Positions 21,867 through 32,339 of a stretch of 64,000 bases of DNA are shown one piece after another. Under the pieces are notes generated by a model. That model was not told the DNA's origin and searched no databases. It saw only the letters and a program-made list of their open reading frames with translations. The DNA comes from Promethearchaeota archaeon (GTDB lineage Archaea; Asgardarchaeota; Lokiarchaeia; Sigyniarchaeales; SOKP01): contig JAHPZE010000007.1 in the NCBI GenBank assembly GCA_019058365.1, positions 103,210-167,209 on the forward strand. Reading direction: 5' to 3'. Each line of letters opens with the position of its first letter. Position 1 is the first letter of the stretch. The translations under genes were made by a program, and so were the position numbers.

Positions 21867-21923
21867 AAATTCTTATTTTTTTTCATATAATCTTATTTCA
21901 AATAATAAAAAAAGTGTTTTAAT

Positions 21924-22532
21924 TCAGAAATCTTTTAGAAGTTTTACACCGCATTTTTCACAGTATTCTTGTTCTAAACTCCTTATCCTTTCTCCACAAT
22001 TATTACAATGACCAAGTTTTTTAAGTATTTTCTTTTTAGTTTTTAAAAGCTCTTGCGCTTTTTTCTCTTCTACATATTTAGCATAATCCTCTTTAGGCTT
22101 GATTTCATTCTCAATAAATTCAATTGTGTCTTTTAACCATACGATAAAAATAAATTTTTCAGTGTCTTCAATTGTTTTGAATGATTTAAAGTCAGCAGTC
22201 TTTTTATCAGGAGCGTCTATAAATCTCTTAGATCCAATTTCAAGAAAAGTATTATAAAACAAAATACCATCATATATTAAATACTTCATTTCTTTATTTT
22301 TTTCCACTTCATAAGCTAAATCAAATCCCGTAGCGCCACGATTAATTAACTTCAATAATTTCTTCAAGAAATCTAAATGTTCAATTAAATCTTTTTTCTC
22401 CGTATTCTTATTGTCTATAGGTTTAGGAAGGGGCAGAATTTCCTCATCTAATAAAGTTTTTTTAAAATTTATTTTATATAATCTTTCTATTCTAAATCTT
22501 TTTTCTAGTCTTTCTCGTTGAAGGTCGTCCAT
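21924..22532 (-). CDS. Hypothetical protein with C-terminal zinc ribbon
   Basis: 'CNNCG...YCEKCG'. Confidence 0.75.
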   Translation of the reverse strand: MDDLQRERLEKRFRIERLYKINFKKTLLDEEILPLPKPIDNKNTEKKDLIEHLDFLKKLLKLINRGATGFDLAYEVEKNKEMKYLIYDGILFYNTFLEIGSKRFIDAPDKKTADFKSFKTIEDTEKFIFIVWLKDTIEFIENEIKPKEDYAKYVEEKKAQELLKTKKKILKKLGHCNNCGERIRSLEQEYCEKCGVKLLKDF

Positions 22533-22736
22533 ATCCTTCTAATCCAGATTAATTAAGTTGAAAGATCCTATGAGGTAAATAAGATACAAATATATAAATA
22601 TATTTATGGTTATGATTGAAAGATCATTGAAATAAAATAATAAAATATGAAGATAACAGTAATAAGCCCTAAGAAAATGAGTTAAAAAGGTTTTTAAAAG
22701 GTATAATTTTAAGTTTTTTATATATCAAAAAATAAA

Positions 22737-22937
22737 TTAATTAGCTTCTTGAGGTGGTTTTTCAGTTTCATGGTTTTTAAAAGAAGAATAGATCCCCTTT
22801 ATCTCAATAAGATCAACTGTCATAATAGTATGATTTAAATGTTTCTTCTCAAACTTTTTTATCTCTAACTGATTAACGGGATTACCAGGGTGAATTACTA
22901 CATATTCTCTACATTTAATACATGCACGAGCTCTCAT
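22737..22937 (-). CDS. Small putative zinc-binding protein
   Basis: 'CIKC...FEKKHLNH' C2H2-like pattern. Confidence 0.65.
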   Translation of the reverse strand: MRARACIKCREYVVIHPGNPVNQLEIKKFEKKHLNHTIMTVDLIEIKGIYSSFKNHETEKPPQEAN

Positions 22938-23145
22938 AATTATATTTAATATGTTATTTACTAATCATATCAATAAAATAATTGATAAGTACGTAATTCT
23001 CCACGATCTGAAAAAGTATACAAATATTTCAAAGTTACGGTTTTTAATTAAAAATGTTATATAATTACGAACATAAATTTTTTATCATTAGATATTACAC
23101 AATAATCTTTAAACTTTTTATTTCTATATGTTATAAACTAAAAAG

Positions 23146-25392
23146 CTATCTTTCCATTAAATTTGGAATTGTAGAATCGAAGTATTCCTTTAATTTTGGA
23201 ATAGAAAGTTTAAAATCTTTATTTTTTAATCCTCTTACTTTAATTTCGGATTGAGGTATTAAAACTCCTATCTTTTTAAGATATACTCCATAATTATTTG
23301 CTAAATTCATTATTTTATCAAAATCTTTTGGATCTGTCTCAATAATAAATCTACCATTAGATTCACTGAATAAAAGTTCATCATCTCTTAATTTATCATC
23401 AAGACAATTGGTAAGATCTAAATTTACACCCAATTTATTCTTAAAACACATTTCTGCTATTGTTATGATAAATCCTCCTTTATTCACATCATGATTGGCT
23501 TTAACTAATTCATTTCTATAGAGTTCAAATATAAAATCCCAAATATTTTTTATTTTAGCCTCATCAACTTTAGGAGGAATTCCCCCTTCAAGATTGTAGA
23601 TTACTGAATGATATTCTGAACCACCTAATTCGGCTTTTGTCTCTCCTACTAAAAAGATATCATCTCCTGCATTCTTAAAGGGGAGGGTTATTATATTTTC
23701 TTCACCTACCAAAAGACCTAAAATCATTATTATTGGTGTTGCTTTAATCGCGGTTTTTTTGGCCTCATCTTCATTATAGAAAGATACATTTCCTCCTACT
23801 ATAGGAATTCTTAAAGTTCTACAAAAATCATTCATACCTTCAACAGCTTTAGAAAAATACCAAAAAGATTCGGGTATTTCGGGGTTTCCAAAATTACAAC
23901 AATTTACCATTGCCATTGGTTTAGCCCCATTTGCTATTACATTTCCACATATTTCAACTAATCCCCCTTTAGCGCCTTCATAGGGATCTAAAAAGCAATG
24001 TTTAGAATTAACACCAACGCTCGCTGCAATAAATTTATCTGTACCAATTATTCTTAAAACACCTGAATCACCTTCTCCACATTTTACAACTGATCTAACA
24101 CCCACTTCATGGTCGTATTGTCTGTAGACCCATTCTTTACTACAAATGTTTTCTGATGCTATTAATCTATAGATAATATCTTTAAACTGTAAAGAAGGTT
24201 TTGGAGTTTTTTGAGCGAACAATTCATCTAAATAGGAGGGTCGTTTTTCTTGTCGCTTAAAAGTGGGTGATTCAGAAAGTGCTTTTGCGGGAATACTAAC
24301 TATGGGATCATCTCCATCATAAACTTTTAAAACTTTTGACTCATCAGTTTTCCCTATTACAGCAAAATTCAATTCATATTTTCTAAATACATCAAGAACT
24401 ATATTTAATCCTTCAGGTTTAACAATGAAAGCCATTCTTTCTTGTGATTCAGAAAGCATTACTTCATAAGAATTCATTCCAGGTTCTCTTGTAAAAACTT
24501 TCTTTAAATCTACTTTTGCTCCTGTGTTTCCATCCCCCGTTAATTCACTAGTTGCGCAAGTTAATCCTCCTCCACCTAGATCTTTCAACCCTCTTACATA
24601 ACCTGTTTTTACAGCTTCTAAAGTTGCTTCAATAATCATTTTTTTGGTGAATGGATCACCAATTTGAACCGCGGGTCTATCAGCTTCAGACATATCAGTT
24701 AGAGTACGGGAAGCAAATGTAACTCCATGGATTCCATCTCTACCAGTAGATCCCCCCATTAAAATTACATAATCACCAGAATTATAAGCTCTACTCGGTG
24801 CATTTTTAAAATCTTCTATAGTTCCTAATCCTATACATGCAACGTTTACTAAGCAATTACTTTCAAAACTATCATCAAATTCAACTTCTCCACCAATGGT
24901 AGGTATTCCCGTACAATTACCATAATCTGCAATACCTTTTACTATGTATTTGAATAGCCATTGTGAATGAGAATTATCTTTTAAAGGACCAAACCTCAAT
25001 GGATCTAATAATGCTATTGGTCGGACACCCATGCATAAAATGTCTCTTATTATACCTCCAATACCCGTAGCGGCTCCATGATAAGGTTCAATTGCAGATG
25101 GATGATTGTGAGATTCAATTCTAAATGCTAATGCATATCCATCCCCAATATCAATTACACCCGCATCTTGACCAGGGCCAGCCAATACATAATTATAATT
25201 TTTCTCAGCATCCTCAAACATTCTCAATTTTGGGCGTGATGATTTATATGAACAATGCTCACTCCACATAACATCAAACATGCCTAATTCAGTAATATTT
25301 GGATCTCTTTCTAATAAATTTTTAACTTTTTCAAATTCATCACTATTCATTTCTACATATACTTCTTTTCCGTCAATATTCACTCTCGTCAT
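23146..25392 (-). CDS. purL: Phosphoribosylformylglycinamidine synthase subunit PurL
   Basis: 'MWSEHCSYKSS', 'ESHNHPSAIEPY.GAATG.GG', 'TGRDGIHG', 'LSESQERM'. Confidence 0.98.
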   Translation of the reverse strand: MTRVNIDGKEVYVEMNSDEFEKVKNLLERDPNITELGMFDVMWSEHCSYKSSRPKLRMFEDAEKNYNYVLAGPGQDAGVIDIGDGYALAFRIESHNHPSAIEPYHGAATGIGGIIRDILCMGVRPIALLDPLRFGPLKDNSHSQWLFKYIVKGIADYGNCTGIPTIGGEVEFDDSFESNCLVNVACIGLGTIEDFKNAPSRAYNSGDYVILMGGSTGRDGIHGVTFASRTLTDMSEADRPAVQIGDPFTKKMIIEATLEAVKTGYVRGLKDLGGGGLTCATSELTGDGNTGAKVDLKKVFTREPGMNSYEVMLSESQERMAFIVKPEGLNIVLDVFRKYELNFAVIGKTDESKVLKVYDGDDPIVSIPAKALSESPTFKRQEKRPSYLDELFAQKTPKPSLQFKDIIYRLIASENICSKEWVYRQYDHEVGVRSVVKCGEGDSGVLRIIGTDKFIAASVGVNSKHCFLDPYEGAKGGLVEICGNVIANGAKPMAMVNCCNFGNPEIPESFWYFSKAVEGMNDFCRTLRIPIVGGNVSFYNEDEAKKTAIKATPIIMILGLLVGEENIITLPFKNAGDDIFLVGETKAELGGSEYHSVIYNLEGGIPPKVDEAKIKNIWDFIFELYRNELVKANHDVNKGGFIITIAEMCFKNKLGVNLDLTNCLDDKLRDDELLFSESNGRFIIETDPKDFDKIMNLANNYGVYLKKIGVLIPQSEIKVRGLKNKDFKLSIPKLKEYFDSTIPNLMER

Positions 25393-26105
25393 TAAGATAA
25401 CCTCCGTTTAATGAATTCTACCATGGATTCAAAAAATAATTTACCATGGATTGTTCTTTTTGGGCTTAAAATTGCTTCTGATGCACGTTCTGGATGGGGC
25501 ATTAATCCAATGCAATTTTGTTCTATATTGCAGATTCCAGCTATATTTTCTAAAGAACCATTTGGATTTGCTTCTCCTGTCAGCTCTCCTTGTTCAGTAG
25601 AGTATTTAAAAACAATCTGATTATTTTCCTCTAACTCTTTAAAATTATTAACAAAATATCGTCCCTCTGCATGAGCAATAGGTAAAGCACATACATCACC
25701 TAAGTTCATCTTATTAGAAAATGCAGTATTATTGTTTACTACTTTCAAATTTACCCACTTGCAGATAAATTTAAGAGAATCATTACGTAATAAAGCACCC
25801 GGAAGGAATTGAGCTTCAGTTAATATTTGGAATCCATTACAAATACCTATTACTGGTCTTCCGTCATCTAACATTATCCGTGCTTCATCAATTGCCGGAC
25901 TATGAGCAGCGATAATTCCTGCCCTTAAGTAATCTCCAAATGCAAATCCTCCGGGTAAAATCACTCCATCGTATTTAGATTCCTTGAAATGATTATGCCA
26001 TACTAAATCTGCTTCTACACCCTTAATAACATTTTTCAAAACGTGTACAGTATCTAAATCACAGTTGCTCCCTGCGAATTCGATTACTGCTATTTTAATA
26101 TTCAT
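25392..26105 (-). CDS. purQ: FGAM synthase glutaminase subunit PurQ
   Basis: 'GSNCD', '[11 protein letters not shown]', 'GICNGFQ', 'MPHPER'. Confidence 0.98.
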   Translation of the reverse strand: MNIKIAVIEFAGSNCDLDTVHVLKNVIKGVEADLVWHNHFKESKYDGVILPGGFAFGDYLRAGIIAAHSPAIDEARIMLDDGRPVIGICNGFQILTEAQFLPGALLRNDSLKFICKWVNLKVVNNNTAFSNKMNLGDVCALPIAHAEGRYFVNNFKELEENNQIVFKYSTEQGELTGEANPNGSLENIAGICNIEQNCIGLMPHPERASEAILSPKRTIHGKLFFESMVEFIKRRLS

Positions 26106-26371
26106 AATTTTGATACTTTTAAAATAGTTAGATTTTGAGTAACTGGATTAAAAATTCGGAGATCGTTACACATTTTTTCTACAAGTTTCTTAGCTTGAAT
26201 TTCATCAGCAGCTTTAAGTTTAATTTGTAAAAATTGCCCTGAACGGACATTAAATACCATGTCATATCCTTTTTTTGCCAAAAGGTCTTTTTGAATAGTT
26301 TCTCCTACTGGATCTCTAGCTGCTGGTTTATTCATTAACGTTATTTCTACTTCAAATTCTTGGCGACCCAT
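26102..26371 (-). CDS. purS: FGAM synthase subunit PurS
   Basis: 'KP..RDPVGETI', 'VRSG', 'NPV'; overlaps purQ. Confidence 0.93.
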   Translation of the reverse strand: MGRQEFEVEITLMNKPAARDPVGETIQKDLLAKKGYDMVFNVRSGQFLQIKLKAADEIQAKKLVEKMCNDLRIFNPVTQNLTILKVSKL

Positions 26372-26596
26372 TTGTGAAAAAAGAAGTTTTATATATTTTT
26401 ATTAGTTCTTATTAACTTAAAAATAATGCGCATCGACAAAAACGACAAGATCTTATATCTCCTCTATATAATTTAAGTAATCATACTAAACTAAATTCTA
26501 AATTTCTTAAAGAAAAAAAGATTATTGAAAGGTGAATTAATTAAATAAAAGATAATAAAATTGAAGAATATAATTTCTTTAATTCATGTTGATCAA

Positions 26597-26800
26597 TCAT
26601 AAATAACCTAAACTAATAATTACTGCGAGTATTAGAGCTAATAAGCCAAACAATAACGCGTATTTACTTCGCTTGGGTATGATAGTTCCTTTTAGCTCTT
26701 CATTTTTTTCTTCCTTATAACTTTTAAGATCTAAGATAATGAATACAAAACTAAGGATAAATAAAGTAAAATCGACAAATAAAAATATTAAATTCAACAT
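26597..26800 (-). CDS. Small two-TM membrane protein
   Basis: Two hydrophobic helices, ATG start. Confidence 0.5.
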   Translation of the reverse strand: MLNLIFLFVDFTLFILSFVFIILDLKSYKEEKNEELKGTIIPKRSKYALLFGLLALILAVIISLGYL

Positions 26801-26846
26801 AATACGATAAATTACTGTGAATTATTATTTAAATTTTTCTTAAATT

Positions 26847-27848
26847 CTATAAATAATTGGCTTCCTTTAAACTTTCATAAATCCTTTTTCGAACATCTGA
26901 AACTTCTGCTTTAAATTCTAATCCAGTAATTTTTTCATAACTGCTCATGTATCTTTTTGCTAATTCTATTTTAATATTTTCAGAAATTGGAGGAATATCT
27001 TCATCCGGTTTTATATCTGGAAAAATTTCAGGATAAGTATCCATAAGCCATCCTCTAAAAATCTCTTTATCTAAAATGTCAGGACTGTCTCCCTTCTCAA
27101 ACTTTTCTTTATAAGTATCAAGGATCCAGAATCGTGATGAATCTTGAGTGTGAATTTCATCAATAACCATTAATTCACCTTCTTTTAATCCGAATTCATA
27201 TTTAGTATCAACTAAAATAAGCCCGTTCTGTTCACAATATTTTTCTCCGAATTTGAATAACTTAAATGCAGCTTCTTCCATTTCTTCATAGATATCCTTC
27301 TCAACCATTTCTCTTTTTAAGATTTCTTCTTTCGAGAGGTAAATATCATGGCCCGATTCTGCTTTTGTGGATGGTGTTATAACAATTTCATCAAATTTCT
27401 GATTCTTTTTCATTCCTTTAGGAGGCATTATACCAGAAGTGGGTTTTCCTTTATTGTAATCACGCCACATACTTCCCGTTAGATATCCCCTTATGACTAC
27501 TTCAACTGGAACTGTCTTACATTGATGAACAACAGCTACGTTAGGATCTGGAATATCAATAATGTGATTTTTGACAATACCTTTAGTCTTTTCAAACCAG
27601 AAAGATGAAACCTGGTTAAGCATTTGTCCTTTAAATGGAATCGTGGTTATTACTCTATCAAAAGCACTTAGACGATCTGTTGCAATAATTATTCTTTTAT
27701 CTTTTTTTGTATAGTTATCTCTAACTTTTCCTCGATATAATTCCCCTAAGTTAGAAAAGTTTGTTTCTTTTAAGGTGTAGTTTAATTGTTCCCTTATTAT
27801 AGCATCAATATTCTTAGTAACCATTTTAAATAATAAAAGAAAAATCAC
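26847..27848 (-). CDS. purC: SAICAR synthetase
   Basis: 'YRGKVRD', 'TDRLSAFD', 'PSTKA', 'VDTKYEFG', 'DEIHTQDSSRFW'. Confidence 0.97.
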   Translation of the reverse strand: MIFLLLFKMVTKNIDAIIREQLNYTLKETNFSNLGELYRGKVRDNYTKKDKRIIIATDRLSAFDRVITTIPFKGQMLNQVSSFWFEKTKGIVKNHIIDIPDPNVAVVHQCKTVPVEVVIRGYLTGSMWRDYNKGKPTSGIMPPKGMKKNQKFDEIVITPSTKAESGHDIYLSKEEILKREMVEKDIYEEMEEAAFKLFKFGEKYCEQNGLILVDTKYEFGLKEGELMVIDEIHTQDSSRFWILDTYKEKFEKGDSPDILDKEIFRGWLMDTYPEIFPDIKPDEDIPPISENIKIELAKRYMSSYEKITGLEFKAEVSDVRKRIYESLKEANYL

Positions 27849-27886
27849 TAAAAATTCTTATTATTAATAAAAAAATAAGATTAACC

Positions 27887-28357
27887 TCAGTCTACATTGA
27901 CTGAAATTCCGCATTTATTACATCTCTTTGTGCCTCGGAATAAGGAGTTACCGCATTCGGGACAGTGATATCTTTTTTCCTCCTCTTCTACCCATTTTTC
28001 AGTTCCTAATTCTTTCCATTGAGGTATTGCCCTTAAAATAACTTTTTTCCCAACAGGAATAGGAAAACGTTCTATAAATTTACAGGGAAAATCATTACAT
28101 TGATAACATCCATCAATTCCTTTACTCTTGATGCAATCTCTGATAGGGCATGTTTGACAATATCCAAATATATTCTCTTGGTTTTCTGCGAGACATCCCG
28201 AACATTTAATATCGTCAACCGTTTTTGAAAACGGTTTGTAGACATCAACAAGTATTTCTTTAAATTTTAAATTATTTTCTCGATCGGCAATATGTATTGC
28301 ACACACACCGCAATATAGCCCACATGGGGCTAATAGAGCTTTATTTATATCTGTCAT
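27887..28357 (-). CDS. DUF3795 family Cys-rich protein
   Basis: 'APCGLYCGVC', 'CSGC', 'CPIRDC', 'CYQCNDFPC'. Confidence 0.85.
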   Translation of the reverse strand: MTDINKALLAPCGLYCGVCAIHIADRENNLKFKEILVDVYKPFSKTVDDIKCSGCLAENQENIFGYCQTCPIRDCIKSKGIDGCYQCNDFPCKFIERFPIPVGKKVILRAIPQWKELGTEKWVEEEEKRYHCPECGNSLFRGTKRCNKCGISVNVD

Positions 28358-28374
28358 TTTATCATCTCAATTTT

Positions 28375-28749
28375 TTATTTTTTGTAATAAATTCCATTAT
28401 TGAATTCCTTACTTGAATACTTTTTTTTATTCTTTTGCATTTTGTTTGTAAAAATTTGGCTTAAATCCAAATCTAGAGCATTAATCAAACTTATTAGATA
28501 AATGAAAACATCAGCTATTTCCTCTGAAATATTTGTAAGAAGTTTCTTACTATTCCAAATCTCTTCCACTGTGTAATCTCTAAAGAGTAATAATTGAGAT
28601 AATTCTCCCGCTTCACAATTAATAGCTTGAACTAAATTTTTAGGAGTGTGATATCTATTCCAATCACGGGCTTCTACAAATTTTTTTACTTCTTCCTTAA
28701 AAAATGAAATTGTTGTGTCAAGATCATTTAATTTATGATTTTCATTCAT
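28375..28749 (-). CDS. MazG-like nucleotide pyrophosphohydrolase (dCTP pyrophosphatase type)
   Basis: 'RDW..YHTPKNL', 'EAGEL', 'EEIADVFIYL'. Confidence 0.9.
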   Translation of the reverse strand: MNENHKLNDLDTTISFFKEEVKKFVEARDWNRYHTPKNLVQAINCEAGELSQLLLFRDYTVEEIWNSKKLLTNISEEIADVFIYLISLINALDLDLSQIFTNKMQKNKKKYSSKEFNNGIYYKK

Positions 28750-28790
28750 ATTATATCTATTAGAGTGTTTATGAGAAATTTATGTAATAT

Positions 28791-29621
28791 TTATTTAAGT
28801 TTCCTAATAAAATTACATATTAATTCATTAACTACCTCTTTTCTCTGAGCCGGAGCAAAATGACCTGCCATATCAATAATTTCTAATGTGGAATTTGGAA
28901 TCATATTATGTAATTTTTCAGACATTTGTTCTGGAGCAAAATTATCAAGTCTTCCACCAATAATTAAAGTAGGACAACTAATCCCAGATGGATCATATTC
29001 CTTTATTTCATGTATCATACGGAAAATTTGATCCTCAATTTGCATGTATAAATCATCTTTAGTGAGATTTAATCCCACTAACGTATCTGATAAAGCAGTA
29101 ATTATATAAGGAATTGTCTTATCTAACAACTTTTCAACAGAATTCGCTACTACATCCAAAAAATTCATTCGTATAAAATATGGGAGTAGATTATAAAAGA
29201 TATTCCTTATAACATTATCAATCATTATATACCCTGAATTTAGTAAGATAAGAAATTTAATATTTTCAGGGTGTTTCATTGCAAATCGCTGAGCAATCCC
29301 CCCACCCACTAATGAGTGTCCTATGATGCCGAACTTATCTTTTATCCCCAAGAATTCTAATAAATCCCCTAAATCTCTAATTAAATCATCCCTGAGATTC
29401 TTAGAAAGAATTAATTCCTTTGGATGGTCACTTCGACCATGACCGAGTGCATCAAAAGCGACAACTCTGTAAAATTTTCTTAGTACTTTAATTTGATGTT
29501 TAAAAAAAAATGCAGATGAGGCAAAACCATGCAATAGGATAATAGGACATTTCTGGGATGATTCAGGATTGATGTCCTCGTAATAAAGATTATATCCATC
29601 TTTATTCGTGAAAAAGGGCAT
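28791..29621 (-). CDS. Alpha/beta-fold hydrolase
   Basis: 'LLHGF', 'DALGHGRS', 'GHSLVGG', 'GGRLD', 'AGH'. Confidence 0.9.
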   Translation of the reverse strand: MPFFTNKDGYNLYYEDINPESSQKCPIILLHGFASSAFFFKHQIKVLRKFYRVVAFDALGHGRSDHPKELILSKNLRDDLIRDLGDLLEFLGIKDKFGIIGHSLVGGGIAQRFAMKHPENIKFLILLNSGYIMIDNVIRNIFYNLLPYFIRMNFLDVVANSVEKLLDKTIPYIITALSDTLVGLNLTKDDLYMQIEDQIFRMIHEIKEYDPSGISCPTLIIGGRLDNFAPEQMSEKLHNMIPNSTLEIIDMAGHFAPAQRKEVVNELICNFIRKLK

Positions 29622-30206
29622 GGTTATCAGTTTTATCTTTTTAATTAAACATTATACAAATATTTTATGGTGAAGTTAATTAATCAAATCTGAGTAATAT
29701 ATTTTCGATAATGAAAATAATCCATAAATTTAATATTTTTCTACTCAATTTAGAATTAGGATTTTACCTGTGGGCGCCGATTTTATCTAACAGTTTGTAG
29801 ATGATGGGGGATAAGGTACAGCAATAAGGACAAATATACTCTTCTAAAATTACAAAACATTTTAAAATTGAACTAAAAGCTTGGACTTATTTAGAACAAT
29901 ATTCTGGAAACTTATGGGTAAAGGCTTGTTAAGTTCACTAATCTTAGCTGGTATTTTCTTGGATTTTAACATAATTTAGTAAGGATTTTGTTTTTGGGAT
30001 ATGCTATAATTTGTTTTATTTAATTAATTTCAAATGACTGTGTGGGATTAGTAATCTTCGGGTTCGTTGTTTTTATGTGCTGGATTTCCATACACTCATA
30101 ATATCCTCACAGCTATACTAAATTTATGAAGTGTGGGTGAGAAATCTATGATCTTCATGTTATAATACACTCTAAACCTAACCTATAAAAAGAAAAATAA
30201 AAAAAA

Positions 30207-30362
30207 TTAAGATTGATTAAATAGCTTATCAATCAACCTATATACTTTATTGCTTGATTTACAACTGTTAGCATGATTCCTATTCATTGAGCAATCAGAA
30301 CAAGGAGAATTTAGGCAATTGTTCGAAAGAATAAACTTCAAAAAGCTTTTTTTAATAAACAT
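30207..30362 (-). CDS. 51-aa Cys-containing hypothetical protein (not in ORF track)
   Basis: MFIKKSFLKFILSNNCLNSPCSDCSMNRNHANSCKSSNKVYRLIDKLFNQS; leader AAAAATGAGGTATCAAGAAAATG. Confidence 0.6.
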   Translation of the reverse strand: MFIKKSFLKFILSNNCLNSPCSDCSMNRNHANSCKSSNKVYRLIDKLFNQS

Positions 30363-30426
30363 TTTCTTGATACCTCATTTTTTAATTCTAATAATTTTCA
30401 AATATAAAAATAAAAAAAAATGGGAG

Positions 30427-30582
30427 TTAGGATTTAATTTTCTTTACTTTAACAATTTCAAATGAATTAGATATGTATTCTTTGGGGAGTTCTACATTTT
30501 CAGCTTTAATAACTGCCTCTTGTTTGTTCTTGACTTCAAAAATGTATTCCAAATTTACATTCACAATAACGCTATATTTCAT
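30427..30582 (-). CDS. 51-aa hypothetical protein (not in ORF track)
   Basis: MKYSVIVNVNLEYIFEVKNKQEAVIKAENVELPKEYISNSFEIVKVKKIKS; GGTGA upstream. Confidence 0.65.
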   Translation of the reverse strand: MKYSVIVNVNLEYIFEVKNKQEAVIKAENVELPKEYISNSFEIVKVKKIKS

Positions 30583-30589
30583 CTGGTTT

Positions 30590-30790
30590 TCACCATGATA
30601 ATTTGCCTTCTTTGATTAAAATATTGATAAACAGAGCTTTATCCTCATTTGAGAGGTCTTTGAATTTCTTTTGATAGTCGGGGGATAACTGCTGTTCTAC
30701 TATCTCAAAACGGGAGGGGTGAAATAAGGGATCATACAGCTCACTTTCATCATCTTTTCTGGTTTTGGGTTTTTTCATTTTTGATTTCAC
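30590..30790 (-). CDS. Hypothetical protein
   Basis: ORF in the co-directional array. Confidence 0.6.
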   Translation of the reverse strand: MKSKMKKPKTRKDDESELYDPLFHPSRFEIVEQQLSPDYQKKFKDLSNEDKALFINILIKEGKLSW

Positions 30791-30813
30791 ACTCTTGTTA
30801 TAATTAAATAAAA

Positions 30814-30999
30814 TTAAAAGGGGAGAGGTTCTCCCTTTCGGATTTGGACATGAATTATTATATTTACCCTAATGATCATCAGGGTAAGAATGCATTTTTG
30901 GAGTTTTGATTTGGATTCGAAGCGATCACTTCTCAGATCATCATATAATGTAAAAAGGTACTCCAATCCTAACGAGCTTAATTTTGGCTTTCTGTTCAT
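30814..30999 (-). CDS. Hypothetical protein
   Basis: Leader AAAAATGAGGCATTAAAAAAATG. Confidence 0.6.
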   Translation of the reverse strand: MNRKPKLSSLGLEYLFTLYDDLRSDRFESKSKLQKCILTLMIIRVNIIIHVQIRKGEPLPF

Positions 31000-31024
31000 T
31001 TTTTTAATGCCTCATTTTTGGTTT

Positions 31025-31225
31025 TTAATAGATGGTTAATTCCTCAAATTCGGATTTATTGAGATTTAATTTGTGAAAGTCAATCTCATTGTAAAAAAAT
31101 ACTAACAAGGATCGAGATTTAGTTAATGCTAAAATGCATAGGGATTGAGCTTGGTCGTGGTTTTCACACTTTGTAATAGTCTTATTATCATAATTTACTA
31201 CATAATAGCACATTTTCTTTATCAC
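31025..31225 (-). CDS. Hypothetical protein
   Basis: ORF in the co-directional array. Confidence 0.55.
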   Translation of the reverse strand: MIKKMCYYVVNYDNKTITKCENHDQAQSLCILALTKSRSLLVFFYNEIDFHKLNLNKSEFEELTIY

Positions 31226-31245
31226 ATCCTTTATTTTAAAAAAAA

Positions 31246-31509
31246 TTAAAAAAATAATTGCTCAAATTGTTTGAGCTTACCATTTACAGAGTCGGCATGA
31301 TTCTCCAGTTCATCTTTAAGCATGATTAAATATTCTCTAATTTGCTTGTATTTTTCTTGAGAGATCTTCTGTTCTCCGTTTTGAATCTCCATTACTTCTA
31401 CTGTATCAAGATTAGAGATAGTTTCATAAATTTCATGTTGCATTTGCTCAGGCGTGAGATCTAAATTGGGTTCACTACTCCACACAGTTATAACAAATTG
31501 TTTTTTCAC
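31246..31509 (-). CDS. Hypothetical protein
   Basis: ORF in the array, GAAGTGA leader, C-terminal coiled coil. Confidence 0.65.
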   Translation of the reverse strand: MKKQFVITVWSSEPNLDLTPEQMQHEIYETISNLDTVEVMEIQNGEQKISQEKYKQIREYLIMLKDELENHADSVNGKLKQFEQLFF

Positions 31510-31546
31510 TTTTGGTTTTCACTTCTTTTTTTTTTTAAATTTTATG

Positions 31547-31723
31547 TTAATCTATAATTTCAATAATTTTGAGAAATTGGGGGGAGCTGCGGTCTTGAAA
31601 TTGATAAATGTAGATATTTCCCTTTCCCGAAGTCATCGAGCAGATACAACTTATAGCGTTCTCAATAGTATCCGCACTGCAACACAAATGGTTGCTATTT
31701 TCCCATCGTGCCTCATATCCCAT
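31547..31723 (-). CDS. 58-aa hypothetical protein (not in ORF track)
   Basis: MGYEARWENSNHLCCSADTIENAISCICSMTSGKGNIYIYQFQDRSSPQFLKIIEIID; fills the gap and overlaps the upstream stop. Confidence 0.55.
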   Translation of the reverse strand: MGYEARWENSNHLCCSADTIENAISCICSMTSGKGNIYIYQFQDRSSPQFLKIIEIID

Positions 31724-32090
31724 CTTTATTCATCTCCTCTGTTTGTGGTGTTAGTTCTGGATCTGGCGTTCCAATATGGATCAAATTAGAAAAATATTTA
31801 GAATCACAGTTATAGCATACTGCTTGACGGATATAATTGACATCTGGATTTTCTCCAAGTTCAATTAATAGAGGCACTTTCTCATTTTCAATAGGACTAT
31901 TACAGCTATCGCAAATAATTAAATCGTTAGGGATTGGAATTTCAGTAAATAACTTCTCGATTCCTTCTGAGAAATCAAACATTTTCATGGAACGATTTTG
32001 GAAAAAGGAATCGGTTCGAGAGGCATAATAAATAAAAGTATCAGGAAGCTGGTCTAAATTTTGCGGTCCTTTTACTAATTTTCTTTCCAT
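31713..32090 (-). CDS. Hypothetical zinc-finger protein
   Basis: 'ICDSCN...VCYNC'. Confidence 0.7.
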   Translation of the reverse strand: MERKLVKGPQNLDQLPDTFIYYASRTDSFFQNRSMKMFDFSEGIEKLFTEIPIPNDLIICDSCNSPIENEKVPLLIELGENPDVNYIRQAVCYNCDSKYFSNLIHIGTPDPELTPQTEEMNKDGI

Positions 32091-32105
32091 AATTTTTTAT
32101 CCCTC

Positions 32106-32303
32106 TCATACATTTCTTAGATGATCATATACTTCTTTCATAACCTTATCATAAAGGTCTTTATTAGTTAGGATTCTGAGAAGAAAGGTATTCGAATCTT
32201 CCATTAACTGCTTAATCTCATCATCGGTTAAGTTATGTTCCCGTATATAGTCGGCAAATACCTTATTCTTCTCTATTAATTCCAAATACTCATTTTTCAT
32301 CAT
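32106..32303 (-). CDS. Hypothetical protein
   Basis: GGAAGTGA leader, ORF in the array. Confidence 0.65.
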   Translation of the reverse strand: MMKNEYLELIEKNKVFADYIREHNLTDDEIKQLMEDSNTFLLRILTNKDLYDKVMKEVYDHLRNV

Positions 32304-32339
32304 TTTTTTTTATCACTTCCTTTTTTTTAATTTTTAATT

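Noticed and set aside
29750-29800. GC-rich patch CCTGTGGGCGCCGA as a tRNA 3' end or att site at the island's left edge
   Set aside because: No T-loop or cloverleaf can be built and no second copy was seen in the window
29800-30160. Decayed membrane-protein gene on the + strand
   Set aside because: Only short hydrophobic fragments; cannot be supported without a search
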